Assembly: GCA_030704615.1 (NCBI GenBank)
Contig: CM060734.1
Location: 43,524,001 to 43,588,000, forward strand
Direction of reading: 5' to 3'
DNA length: 64,000 nt
Source: Takakia lepidozioides
Taxonomy: Eukaryota; Plantae; Bryophyta
The stretch's first letter is position 1. Every line of letters begins with the position of its first letter. This document shows, in pieces, positions 23,306 to 35,839 of the stretch. Below the pieces are notes generated by a model. It was not told the origin of the DNA. It did not search any database and was given only the letters and a program-made list of their open reading frames with translations. The position numbers were made by a program, and so were the translations under genes.

Positions 23306-26300
23306 AAATAGACACGTGGAGGTCAGGGCGCGACACACAGCCGAGAAGGAAGTGCAAGAGCAGGTTTCAAAAAGAAAGAGGACAAGAACGGCCGTCAAAA
23401 GGGATGAAAGGCGGGCCTATTAATGAATACGGAAAAAGGGAAACGGAACGAACGGCAAGTACAGAAAAGCAGAATTCTTGTCACATGTGTGATCCTAGTG
23501 GACTATCCAACAGGGAAAGTCCACTAAAGAAAATAAAATCTAAAATCCAGTCACAGCGGATACAGCCAATAGAAAACCAGAGAAAGGATCAAGAAAATGG
23601 AGGGAAATTGAGCGCAAGAGGCGGCGCCGTTCTGAGTAACGGGCGTCTCGACGGGACAGACCATCAATGCTATAGCTTGGAAAATATGGAGGAACTAACA
23701 GACTATACGCTCGCAATATTACTTACGCAGTGGCATAGACACGAAAGGACAGAGAGGAGCTTTTCTCTTGAGCGATGCTTGCAAGCCCCGCAGGCTTACA
23801 AGAAATTACCCATAGCTTTCTGCGGCAACCATACGTTTATGTTTTGTGCACTACAGGCATTCCTGCAGTTGTTACAGCCAAAACAGTTCTGTGAGTCTAA
23901 AATGAAGAGAGTGAGAGGAATGGAGGAAATCAGGGTGAAGAGCACCACAATTCTGCAGAAACAAACGATTGCTACCCCACAGGCGATACAGATACTGGAG
24001 GAGCTGAGATTGCAAGGATTGCAAAGCCTAGATTGGACACTACACCATAGACAGTACATGTTACAATTTTTGCAGAACTTTGAGCCAAGGACAGGAACAA
24101 CAACGGTGAAGGGAGTTGAATTAATGATTACTCCCCTATACCTCCAGCAATTGTTTCGATTGCGAGCAGGTCAGGTGCATGTGGAGGAACACAGGGCAAG
24201 ACTGCAAATAGGGGACTTATTCCAAGAAGGGAGTTTCTTTAAAACTCAGGGTTATGCTTGTACCAAGGCTGTGTACCCAGGGCTAAAAGAGGTAGGCCAG
24301 GTATTGAACGTTCTGATTGCCATGAAACAGAACCAACAGTATTTGAGCAGATCCTTCACGGAGGAAATACTCAAAGGCCTGAAGGGACAAGAGGTACAAT
24401 GGGCGGACATATGTACAACGCACTGGTAGAGGAGATGAAAAGATTACAAGGTACTACCGCAAAGTCTCCTATCATAGTGTCTGGCCCAATCATTGCTCAA
24501 ATAATCCTTGATTCTGGCATACTTGATGCGCAAGAAAGAAAGGAAATGGGAGTGTTTGAGCCAGAAACAACTGCAATGGAAGAGCAAGGCTCTTCACACA
24601 GTGAGGGTGGACTAGCAGGGCAACCCGAGACTAAGAGGCAGAGACGGGGAAAGACTGTAGTGGCGGATCCACTGGCTTCACGGACTCCGCATGATAATGT
24701 TTCCCAAGCTCATGGTCGGGAAGGGGCACAGCAGCACAGAGAAATGCTATTTCTGGAAGCAGGACCTTCAGAGAGGGAGGAGGAAGTTACTTCTGTATCA
24801 CAACCACCACAGCCAATTGATCGACTTGTCACAAGGTCACAAGTTATCCATGCAGCTCAACCAAAAATAATTGATTTGGAAAGAGAATGATTAGATATTC
24901 CAACTACAGAACAGATAGTGGCAGAAATGGAGAAGGGGGACCTTCTCTATGAATATTCTGGTCTGGTCAAGGAGACAGAGATCCCAGAGGTGCAACAGTT
25001 GCCCAAGGGAAATCCTGAGGTGCATATAATACACACACCTGTGTCGGAGGTACCACAGGCGGAAGGTCATGACACTGTAGCACCGGTGATAGATGAAGTA
25101 GTTCAGGAAGAAAATCCGGTGGGACAATGGCTTGAATGGTTCGTGAGACATCACACTGTTGAAGATCATGAGGAAGAGCAGCAACCTCACCATGATGACC
25201 CTCAACAGGCAATGCTGATGAGTTCCATAGGCAGGACACTTAATTTGTTGGGGACTTATGTCAAATCCCATGTTCCAATTACCCAATTGACAGCCTTGAG
25301 AGAGGAACTCAGGAAGGAGTTTGAGGCTCGACTAGCCACTGAGTGTGCAAACAAGGTCGATGAAGAGGTCACTCTCAAGATGAAGCAGGACTTGGGAAAT
25401 ACAGAAATGGCTTTGCAATTGGCCAAGGAACAATTGATTGAGGCAGGCCTCGCGCAAGACCAGTTGCACGAAGCACATAAGCATCAGCTATACCAAATGC
25501 AGGTGCAGCATGAAAGCAAGTTGCAAGAAGTGAATGCACTACATACGGAGTTGCAGACAGTGCATGACAGGATGGCGATACAATGTGCTACATTTACAAC
25601 TATGCCTGACCAATCTACAAAAGAAATAAACAGTCAAGCGGAAAAATGTACGAAGGCAGAAAAAGAGAATGTTGAGCAAATGAAGCTCATTGCCGATATG
25701 AAGAATACAATCTGTCGCAATGAAGATACTTTCAAGCAATACAGGCAGATTGAAGCTAATCAAGAGAAGCACATTGTGGAGTTGCAACAAACCATCATGG
25801 CCAATAGAAATGAAATCGCGGTCAATAACAAGGCTTGGAAGGAAGCCAATAATCTACTTGCTGCTTATGCGCAATTGGTTGAACCTTAGGCGAAGCGCAT
25901 GGAGGCTTTACAACAGCAGTTGGAATTGTACAAGCTAAGAGAGGAGCAAACTCTCAGGGGAACCACAAGCAACTTGGTGGATAACAGCCTCTGGTTAGCA
26001 CAAGGGCCAGTAGAGGGCAAAGCACGACGAAAGCTCACCCAAAGCGAGATGAATGAGCTCAGGCTGCAGGTGCAGAACATTGCCACAACTACTATAGACA
26101 ATGTCTATAGTAGGATAGCAGAGTTACAAGAGGATGTAGACGGACTCCAGACTCAAGTGGAAGACCTCACTTCAAACATCGACAAAAGAGTCTATATCCC
26201 TCAGGAACAGCTAATGGCTTCTTATTTACAAGCCAGAACTTTGGCTTTTCAGTCTTCACAGGAGGTGCAGGAGATGCCAATGATACAAGAGCCAGTACCA

Positions 26301-27434
26301 CCACCACCACAACAAGTCACTGTACCAGTAGCTGAACCTGTGGTTACTACAACCACACCACAGCCGGAGGTATGGGGCAATGCCGCTTTTAACCCACCTA
26401 AAACTCCAGCTGCAAGGGAGTACAGTAGGGCTATGATTATGCCCTTCAACCAAATTCCCATCATGTTGGATTTGGCTTGGAAAGAATTTAGTCCTCCGCA
26501 GTCATTCGCACATTACTACCAAATCATGCGTATTTGGCTGCCAGTGGCAACTAGGACTAAAGTTCCTCCGAACAATCGACATATTGAAGATCATCACTTT
26601 GCACAATACTGGCACGAGGCAGGTACCATGTTGAGGGAATTGATTGCTTTCCAGGTTGTACATGGACTCATTTATACCAAGACCAAGGAGGTAGCAAGTA
26701 TTGTCATGGGATGCGGGTTATACTACGATGCTTGTTTTCTGGTACGTTACCACATTGAGCAACAAAAGATGCAAACACGCTTTCTGAGTTATTCCAGTGG
26801 AGATCATTGGGTATTACCTTCGGTGCCACCTCATATGTACCTATATGACCCAAAAGTTATGATGCAAAAGGATTCTCAAATTCGTTCATGGTTTCAAGCG
26901 GCCTGGAACCATTTGTCAACACAAAAATTCGGCATTGATGACATTTTCTATAAGGGACATGTGGCATGGAAATACTTGCACGCTGCACCAGTAATTGGTA
27001 CCCCACTCACCTGGACAGACAAGGAGCTCAGTGTCTACACCAATTTTGCTGTTCAGCGGTTACACCAAGTTGTAAAATACAAACTTCCAGACATGGTAGG
27101 ACAACATTGTATGCCCCAGATGATTCCACAAAAAGTTCGAAAATTAAAACACCTGAGAGGCGATGAGGATTCTGATACAACTGTTTCTTCACCGAATTCT
27201 TTTGACATGGGAGAAGACTATGCAGTTCAGATGGCAGAGAAGAAGCGACGGGGGTCTCCTATGCCGGAAAGGTTACCTCGATATCAGCCTCCAGAGGGCC
27301 TCACTTATCCAGGTAGTGATCAACCATCTCGGTCAACCACAGACAGACCTCGGGCTCGTACACACAGTCCGCCACGAAACTCTCAACGTCAAAAAGGTGC
27401 TCACTCACAAAGCTTTGCTAATCGAAAGCAGTAA
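23269..27434 (+). pseudogene. Extra 3' ORF of copy B (frameshift ~24410, stops ~24888 and 25887)
   Basis: Highly similar to 6790-10974. Confidence 0.85.
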
Positions 27435-27471
27435 ACCGTGAGGACACGGCTTTTTGAGGGGGAAGGGGTAA

Positions 27472-28372
27472 TGTTAGAGGACTGTCGGGGACTTAGACAC
27501 TTATACGGGATCTGTAGGGTACCCTTAATTTTTGCACAGACTGAGACCAACACTGAGACCAACAGGAGCCTTAGGGGTGACAACAGCGCACTGTAGAGGG
27601 GGGTTACACAGCCCGTCACAGTAGTCACAGCCGACACAGCCAACACAGCCCATCACAGTAGTCACAGCCGACACAGCCGACACAGCCAACACAGCCCGTT
27701 ACAGTCGTCACAGCAGACACAGCCGACACAGCCCGTCACAGCCCGTCACAGTCGTCACAGCCGACACAGCCCGACACAGCCAACACAGCCACACAGCCAG
27801 TCACAGCCCGTCACAATTTCACACAGCCAGTCACAGCTTGACACAGCTGTCACGATCATAGGGAACGGAGAGCAGGACAGGGAACGACAGTGGGGAACAT
27901 GTTAGTTCACAGACGACGGTTAGTGAGGGAAACGGTTAGAACCACGGATAGGAAGATAAAGGGAAGAAACGGTGAATTGAGGGAGATCATTCGGAGAAGG
28001 ACTTCTTGGTCATGAAGGAGAGGGGATCGGGCAGAGATGAAGAACGGAAGTGAAGATAGAGAGATGATGAGTAGATGCTTGATATATGCAAGGCTGTAAT
28101 GATATTGTAGAGCAGATTAGAGACACAATGGCTTCGGCCTGATACCTGATAAATCATAGTCGGATACTTTTACGATACAATCACACTATGTAGAGAGATC
28201 TGAGTGAAGCTGTGAAATGAATGGATGAGCTGATGGAATCCAATAGATTGATAAAGCAAACTGATACTTAATTATCAATGGTAAGATAGCTAACATGAAT
28301 ACCAAAAGGGAAACAAATAGGAAACACCCCCATGATACACTAGCTGTAGGTCATGACTGATTGTTCTGCGCG
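27472..28372 (+). repeat. 3' LTR of copy B, last ~88 nt missing
   Basis: Matches the 5' LTR up to ttgttctgcgcg, then diverges. Confidence 0.9.
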
Positions 28373-28437
28373 ATTGACTTTTACGACTCAAAATGAGTCG
28401 TTACCCCAGTGGTAAATGACACGAATGCTTCTAGTAC

Positions 28438-28932
28438 GGGACTAGCCCCATGGGCCAAATGGAAGTTGGAGGAGAAGCCACCTAAGACTTTGAACGAGGC
28501 AATTGAGAGGGCTGAATGTTTCTCGGATGTCCCTAGGGGCGAAAGACAAGGTCGTACGGAGCTGAACCACAAGAAGACCCGGCGGGAGGGTGACTCATTT
28601 CGACTGGAAAAGAAGTAGGATAGGCCACGCAGCGACAATGGCACGTGGAAATCGAAGGGATGGCCTTCACACGCCAAGACGACACCCGGTGCTCCGAAAG
28701 GAAAATCAAGTGCGACGCCTTATGGCGGACAAAAGGCGACCTTCAATGGAGTGTGCTTCAATTGTGGGGAGCCCGGGCACATGGCCAAGAAGTGTACGAA
28801 TCCCCGACAATTGAACATGACTCGGGCAACCACGGAGTTGTCCGAAGCTTCCATCAGCCGCTTGGTGGAGGCGGTGGTCGCCAAGACTTGCAAGGTAGGC
28901 AACTACTCTTGTGATTTGTATCAAGAAACTGG
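28438..28932 (+). pseudogene. gag fragment of the chromovirus family also present at 63160-63650 (-)
   Basis: GLAPWAKWKLEEKPPKTLNEAIERAECF and CFNCGEPGHMAKKC, nearly identical to the minus-strand copy. Confidence 0.9.
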
Positions 28933-29379
28933 GGACGTGACTTCTGCGTGAGCGTGAGAGCGTACGCTCACGCGGAGGTGATGTGGCGTGAGCGCGGGGT
29001 CACGCTTACGTGGCATGAGCGTGAGGCTGACGTGGCGTGGGCCTGCTGACGTGGCAGTCGTTAGAATAACGTGGCATCTGGACAACTTGCCAGATGCCAT
29101 GTCATCATAAACATGTAGCACCTATAGCCGAGGGGCCTATAGCCGTGGCATTCATTCATGCAAAACACCAGAAATTAAAATGCAGGAACGACTTGTGAAA
29201 GCATTTGCATCCATTCCATTTATTTTCGAACGACTACACACAAGAAAGAAATGACACACATTGCACAACATAATTGGAGGCTGCATTGGCATCAAATATA
29301 TGAAGGGACATCAAGTTCAAGTTTCAACTCTTGTGAAATCCAGTAATGGAATTTGCAGATGACCAAAGTGAAGATGATG

Positions 29380-31485
29380 CTATGTGCTCCTATCCCGCTG
29401 CATAAGTGTATTCACCTCGTTGAAACTCATGGTTGCCTGGTGAATGAAAATGTCGCGTCTGGGATCACATACCATTCTGTTCAAGAAGATAAAATATAGA
29501 TGCTTGCAGGGTATAAATTTGCCTATCTTTCCCAAACTTGTTGTAAGCATGCCAACAAAATCTGGACAGGTGCAGTTGGGGAAATTTGAAACTGCGATGT
29601 CGTACAACCGGTCGTGCATAGCGGATGTGGAGGTCATCATAGTGTAGATTCGTCCATACCCGGGATGTGGAACTTCCGTAGTGCCTATAACACGACCTTG
29701 AAGCATTCGAGAGGATTCCACCTTGCCGAAATGCTCGACAGTCGGAGGGAAACGACGAACCAGCTTCCCATTTTGTTTTGTTGGCCATGCATCAGCATTC
29801 GGTGGTGGCACTCCAGAACTTGCTGAAGTAGAAGCACTTGCATGTACAGAGGGGGCTCGCTGAAGGGAGAAGCCTGCCTCCTCCAGCATGGCAATCTCGT
29901 GAGTTGTGAGATGTGCCCCCACCTTCACAGGCTAAACGCTTGGTGGAGGAGGCTTCATGACAACTGATGGTCGCACAGTCCCACGCACGCACCTACCACA
30001 GTCGTCAGGGCAGAACCAGAATTTGTGGTTCTTCGCCTCGGCTTGCCCGTAAGGCGTGAACAAACCAGTGAAGGTCAAACCCGGAGTGCGGACCTTGCCT
30101 CTGGATATAGAGGACTTGCATTTCTCACGATTGGTTGCTCTGATTGCTGTGCACTTCACCCGAGACCCAACAGTAGTGCGTTCTATGTGCCAGACTTTGT
30201 CGGGCACATGGACTCCACCACAGGGGGGAGCACGTTCGCCTCCTGCCCCATTGCACTCACTATGGGAGATGGCTGCCTTTGGCTTTGTGACAAAGGATCG
30301 TCCGCACTGGATATGCCGGAAACGAACCTCTGATGAAATGGAACACGCGGCATGGAGAAGTTGTCCCTGTCCAGCCTGTGGGAGTCCACATCCGACCCAA
30401 GAGGGGTGTTCAATTTCCGTTTACAAGACCCGAATCTCTCCTCACCCTCCAGAAGGGGAACTCTGGACACCAGTGGAGTTCCTTCCGCACACATGTTGAC
30501 AGCCCTGGCAATCTTGTTCGGATCCCCTGATCTTCTTGCTGCTCGCAACATCAACTCGGACTTGTCTGGACCCTTGCCACCAACGCCACCCCGCAAGAAC
30601 TCCCGATATCTCGTCTGTTGCAGTAGAGCTCGAATCAGATCATCTGCCGTCGCCACACACAAATCCCGGCCCCGCTTTCCAGATTGCTGCAACCATACAT
30701 TGTGCACCGTCTCTGCCAGATTGCAAGAGGGCATGTCCGTCATCTCCTCAATTGAGAAGTGCTGCAAAATGGAAAAACATATATCAGAAAGAGGACAGGC
30801 ACACCCCACCATAGCAGACATGATTGGAAATGGATACAAAGTCAATGAAATTTTCAAGTTTTCAAATGCACGCACCATTGTCATGCATGCTCCCCATTGT
30901 CTGTACTGGAAGTGCCAAAATGCCAGCTAGTCTTCTAGCGCTCTCATACTGTCTTCTGATGCAGCCCAAGATGAGAACCACCAGGCACAAATTGTCTAGA
31001 ACAATGTATTCGCCTCTGCCATGCTTTTCGCATCTTTGTACAGTTTGCATAGCCTAAGATGAATAGGCTGCATTTCCGGTTTGATGTCTACCTTTGTATT
31101 TTTCTCAAGGGACTGGGTCCAATGGAAAAGACATGTTCGCTCTCTTCCTGGCATTGGCACCTTTGGATCTCCTGATCCAAACACAATGCGAATAGCATTG
31201 AAGTTTGCTTGAGCACTGCCTGCCATAAATCCGGCGAAATTTGGACATGGGACACCTTGGGAGTCCATAACGCGAATGAGACTTCTCCACATTAGCTGCT
31301 GCGAATCCGCATCCTCTGATTGCATGTCACACACTGCAATTGTCATGACTCGCTGGTAGAAAGGATCGTAAACATGACACGCCATTGTAGTCCAGTCTTT
31401 CACTCGTTTGACGTGATCAAACATAAGGAAACAGTTATGAAGATCACCACCCTTCTGCATGCGCTTCACAAGACTGACTCCACTG
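29380..31485 (-). pseudogene. MULE-like DDE transposase, C-terminal half with SWIM zinc finger
   Basis: FLMFDHVKR, FMA(G)SAQAN, CLFHW (CxxH) and NLAETVH. C-terminal CTCPDF...PCKHLYF SWIM finger. Confidence 0.75.
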
Positions 31486-31577
31486 GGGGGCTGCTATTTC
31501 ATGAGCCATGAGCCATGAGCGGCATGAGCCATGAGCAGACTCGTAACTGCCGAAAAAATCATGAGCAGTAATTTTTT

Positions 31578-33270
31578 TCAGAAATGATTGTCCACAGGAA
31601 TAGGGTACTTCCGGTTTCTGTTTGGCAGTACGGTAATTATCTGGTTTCCCTTGGAGCAAAGGCCCATTGAGTTGATGCAGGTCCACATCTTCTTCAGAAT
31701 TGGGACGCCACTCTTACGGGTCCACTTGGCAATTCCCGCCTCTGTGTTTTTGCCTTTGCTGGCAAGGACCACCACACAACCTTTGTCATCCAATACCATG
31801 CAGGCTAGCCCAAACCCTTTCTTCCAAAAGTCCTCAGAAAATACTTGCTCCAAGAGGGCACAATATCCAGTCCTTCCAGAGGCTCTCCATCTGGAATATC
31901 CAAAGATGATCAAATCAATGACCAGTCGGTCCGTTTTCCACGCCTCATGCAATTCTTCCCTTCACTTGTCATTGCAAAGAAATCCATCATGGCTACAAAT
32001 CCTGGAGTGTCTACAGGCTCTTCTGCAGTCGCCTTCCTTAGAGCTTTGGCTTTCAGGCCTTCCATTTGCTTGATGTGTGCTAACTTGGCGGCCGGCCGGC
32101 CATCCAATGCCCTCAAAAAACTCTCATTCGCACACTGAATCACTGTTTTTGGCTCCAAACTTTGGCCTGCCCTTCATTTCCACTAGCTCGCACGGGTGCT
32201 CCCCCGGGAGGTTGAAGAGTGTCTTCTTTGCTGAGTCAGTTTTCACAGCTTTCATAGTAAGAGGGGTTAGAGGGGATTTTGGCTGGCCACCAAACACCGC
32301 CATCATCCTTCAGCATTTTTTTGAATTCCGTGTTGCGAGTGTGGTAGTGGGGACCCTAGGCTGCTAACTCTTCTATTGTCGGGCATGCGATCCACCTTCC
32401 TCATTCTCAATGGAAACATAGAAGGTGGCAGACCCCAGCCAATAGCCTTCTTGGAATGCGAACTTCATCTTATCCACATCCCTTGCGAGAGCAAGCCTCA
32501 CTATCAGGAGGGAGACCATTCAACAGAGTGGAATTCGCAGTGTGCAAGGGAAGACCTTGGTCCTAAGAACTCTGCCAATGCTGCTGTGAGTCTCCTCCAA
32601 CATTTGATTCTCTGCACTCTGAAAATCCTCTTGCGACATTTTTGGGGGTGGGGGAAGGGGCTGTTCAGATGGACCACCAGAGCCGTGCCTGTATTCTTGG
32701 GAATGTAGCCGGGCAGATCATGTGGGAGAATGTAGTCGTCCATACCTCCCCTATTGCCACGAAAGTCCTATTCTAGGTAGGAGAAGTCGAGCTCCCCATG
32801 TTAAGAAACAACACCTTCATCCGCTGAAAGATTGACCAGGACAGGAGTGCTAGAGATCGGTGTCGGAGCAGCTGCCCGAGCTTCTGCAGAGTTGCCCCCG
32901 GTTTCCTTCTGAAACTCCTGCAAGAACTGAGCTTCAACATGTGGAGGGGTTTTGCTGGAGACTGCTCTGCCCTTGCTTTCGCCCCCTTCTGCTTCTTACT
33001 CTTTGCAAGGGAAAGGGGACTCCTCCGTTCTCGTCCGATTCTCCACCGCCCCGTCTACTTCTTGCTCTTCGTAGGGGAAGGGACTGATCCGATGGGGTAG
33101 TATATTCCTCAACAACCGCCTGATGCTTCATGCTCTTTAATTTTTTGGAGAAGGGGACGACCCATGTTGGCGACTCTCCATCATCTTCATCGTCAAATAG
33201 CCTCTTTCTCTGCTGCTTTCGACTTGAAACCTTTACCTTTCCAAAGCATGTCCTTGAAGAGCACAAGGTT
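31578..33270 (-). pseudogene. Fragmented accessory ORF of unknown function inside the nested element
   Basis: Consecutive protein-like minus-strand ORFs (32934-33266, 32504-32743, 31910-32158, 31578-31952). No domain recognised. Confidence 0.4.
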
Positions 33271-33804
33271 AGGCCCGACAGGAGGACCCATGCTAGAAGG
33301 TCGAGGGTGTGTGCGGGCTGCAGTAGCTTCCTCCTTTCGTCCTGCGGGTCTTCAGAGCCCTACGATCCCTCCACCACCTCACTATGAGGCTGTGCAACAT
33401 AAGAGAAACTAAAGAGAAGAAATGAGGCAAAGAATGGTGTTGGAAGGGGTGTTAGAGCAGTGAAAGAGTCACCAGCGAAAGATGACATCAAACGGCGGAG
33501 ATGCACCGTATGATTCGAAAGGTCAGGGCCTACGTGTCTCCTCGTGAGGCAGGTGGCCCCTACGTCGCTGGAAAATTGAATTCGAAGAAATAGAGGTCTA
33601 GTGTCTGTTGGACAGTCAGTGATGATGCAACGGTCCGGCATTACCGCCTCCGAATATATGTTGGCAATGACCCCTTCAACTGCCATTTCAGCCTCTATGA
33701 GTCAACAGACCAAATGCGATGCGGCATTAGTGGCCGTTCGATCAGGATACCTCCCTACTGCATCACGAAAGAGGATAAAGATGCCAGGGAGGATGGCAGT
33801 CAGT

Positions 33805-35596
33805 GGTAAATGCGGTACCGCATTTCCGTCCCCTTCGTGAACCCTCTTTACTGAAGGCAAGCGTGGAGGGCAGCTGGGACGGAAATACGGCACCGCTTTT
33901 CCGTCCCTATTCTCAGGATGGTAAGGCTGGATGGCTGGATTTGCGGCCATCCTATCATGAAGAAAAGGTTGTTTAGCAAGTTCGATGGGAATGCGGTGCC
34001 ACACTTCCGTTTCGCTGTCCTGTCTGCCAGAGTAAGTGGTAGCGGGCCTGGAATGCGGCACCGCAATTCCGTCAAAGCTGTCATTAAGAAAATGTACAAT
34101 GACAGTCCAGACGGAAATGCGGCACCGCATTTCCCTTCAAATGCCAAGTACGCAAACCGAAGTGGTCTTCTAGACGGAAATGCGGCACCGCATTTCCGTC
34201 CCACCAAAAATGAAGGGATGGTCACTATCAGTCCGGACGGAAATACGGTGGCGCGTTTCCGTCCAGACTCTCGGGAAAGCAATGTCTGGACGGGAATGCG
34301 GCACCGCATTTCCATCTGACCACCTGTTTAGGGATCGTACAGTTGGAGCCCAGACGGAAATGCTGCACCGCATTTCCGTCCAGACTGTTAAAAATGCATG
34401 GTGGAATGGGAGCCCGGACGGAAATGCGGCACCGCATCCCACCATGTATTAAGGATACTTAGGTGTGAGTTAGGAAATGCGGCACCGCATTTCCATCCAC
34501 AATGGTAGAAAGGCATGGTCCAGTGGGACCCCAAACGGAAATGCGGCGCCGTATTTCCGTCCCACCAGGTGTTAAGGGATGCTTAGGTGTCAGTCCGGAC
34601 GAAAATGCGGCAACGCATTTCCGTCTAGACTGTTAAAAATGCATGGTGGAATGGGAGCCCGGACGGAAATGCGGCACCGGATTATCATCCCACCATGTGT
34701 CAAGGATGCTTAGATGTCAGTTAGGACGGAAATGCGGCACCACATATCCATCCACAATGGTAGGAAGGCATGGTCCAGTGGGAACCCGGATGGAAATGCG
34801 GTGCCGCATTTCCGTCCCACTAGGTATAAAGTGATGGGTAGGTGTCAGTCCGGACAAAAATGCGGCAGCACATTTTCGTCGCCAGGTTCATCCCGCCCAC
34901 CTCTTTTCCCCAAATGATGATCATTGTGCAAAGCGGGATGTGAGTCAGGACGGAAATGCGGTGCCGCATTTCCGTCTCGACTGCCATCCACCCGTGCTCT
35001 TTGAAAGTCGTTTGACGGTGGTTTTTTTTTTCCCCCTCTAGTCATTCCCGCTGGATGGTAATTGCGGCGCCGCATTTTCAACCACAGGGGGGAGGGGGGA
35101 AATAACCCCTGATTCTTTTTCCTCTAGTCATCGCCGTTGGATTGAAATGCGGTGCCGCATTTCCATCCGAAGGGGGTGAAAACAAGAAATAAAAAATTCT
35201 CAGTTTATGTTTTTTTTCTTTTTTTTCTCTTGTCATCCCCGCTAGATGGAAATGCGGCGCCGCATTTCCAACAACAGAGGGTAGAGGGGGGGGGGGTGGA
35301 AAAAGCAACCCTAACTTTATTTTTTCTTGTCATCGCCACTAAATGAAATGCGGCGCCGCATTTCCGTCCATAGGGGTGGGGACAAAAAAGTTTTTGTTTT
35401 TTCTTTGTTTGTTTTTTCCCCCTCCCCCGCCCCCCTCTAGTCATCCCCGTTGGATGGAAATGCGGCGCCACATTTCCAACAACAGGGGATGGAAGGGGGA
35501 AAAAAAAAAAAACCCTAACCGTTTTTTTCCTCTTGTCATCGCCGCTGTATTGAAATGCGGCGCCGCATTACCGCCCATAGGGATGGGGACAAAAAA

Positions 35597-35631
<35 letters not shown>

Positions 35632-35807
35632 CCCCCCCGCCCCTTAGTCATCCCCGCTGGATGGAAATGCGGCGCCGCATTTCCAACAACAGGGGATAGA
35701 AGGGGGGAAAAAAAAATAATCCTAACCATTTTTTTTCCTCTTGTCATCGTCGCTGGATTGAAATGCGGTGCCGCATTTCCGTCCATAGGGGTGGGGACGA
35801 AAAAAAA

Positions 35808-35839
<32 letters not shown>

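Larger units (their letters stand above)
16745..28372 (+). mobile_element. Ty3/gypsy LTR retrotransposon, copy B (internal RT-RNaseH deletion; 3' LTR truncated)
   Basis: 5' LTR, PBS, ORF0, gag, deleted pol, extra 3' ORF, PPT, 3' LTR. Both LTRs share a duplicated actgagaccaac that copy A lacks. Confidence 0.95.
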
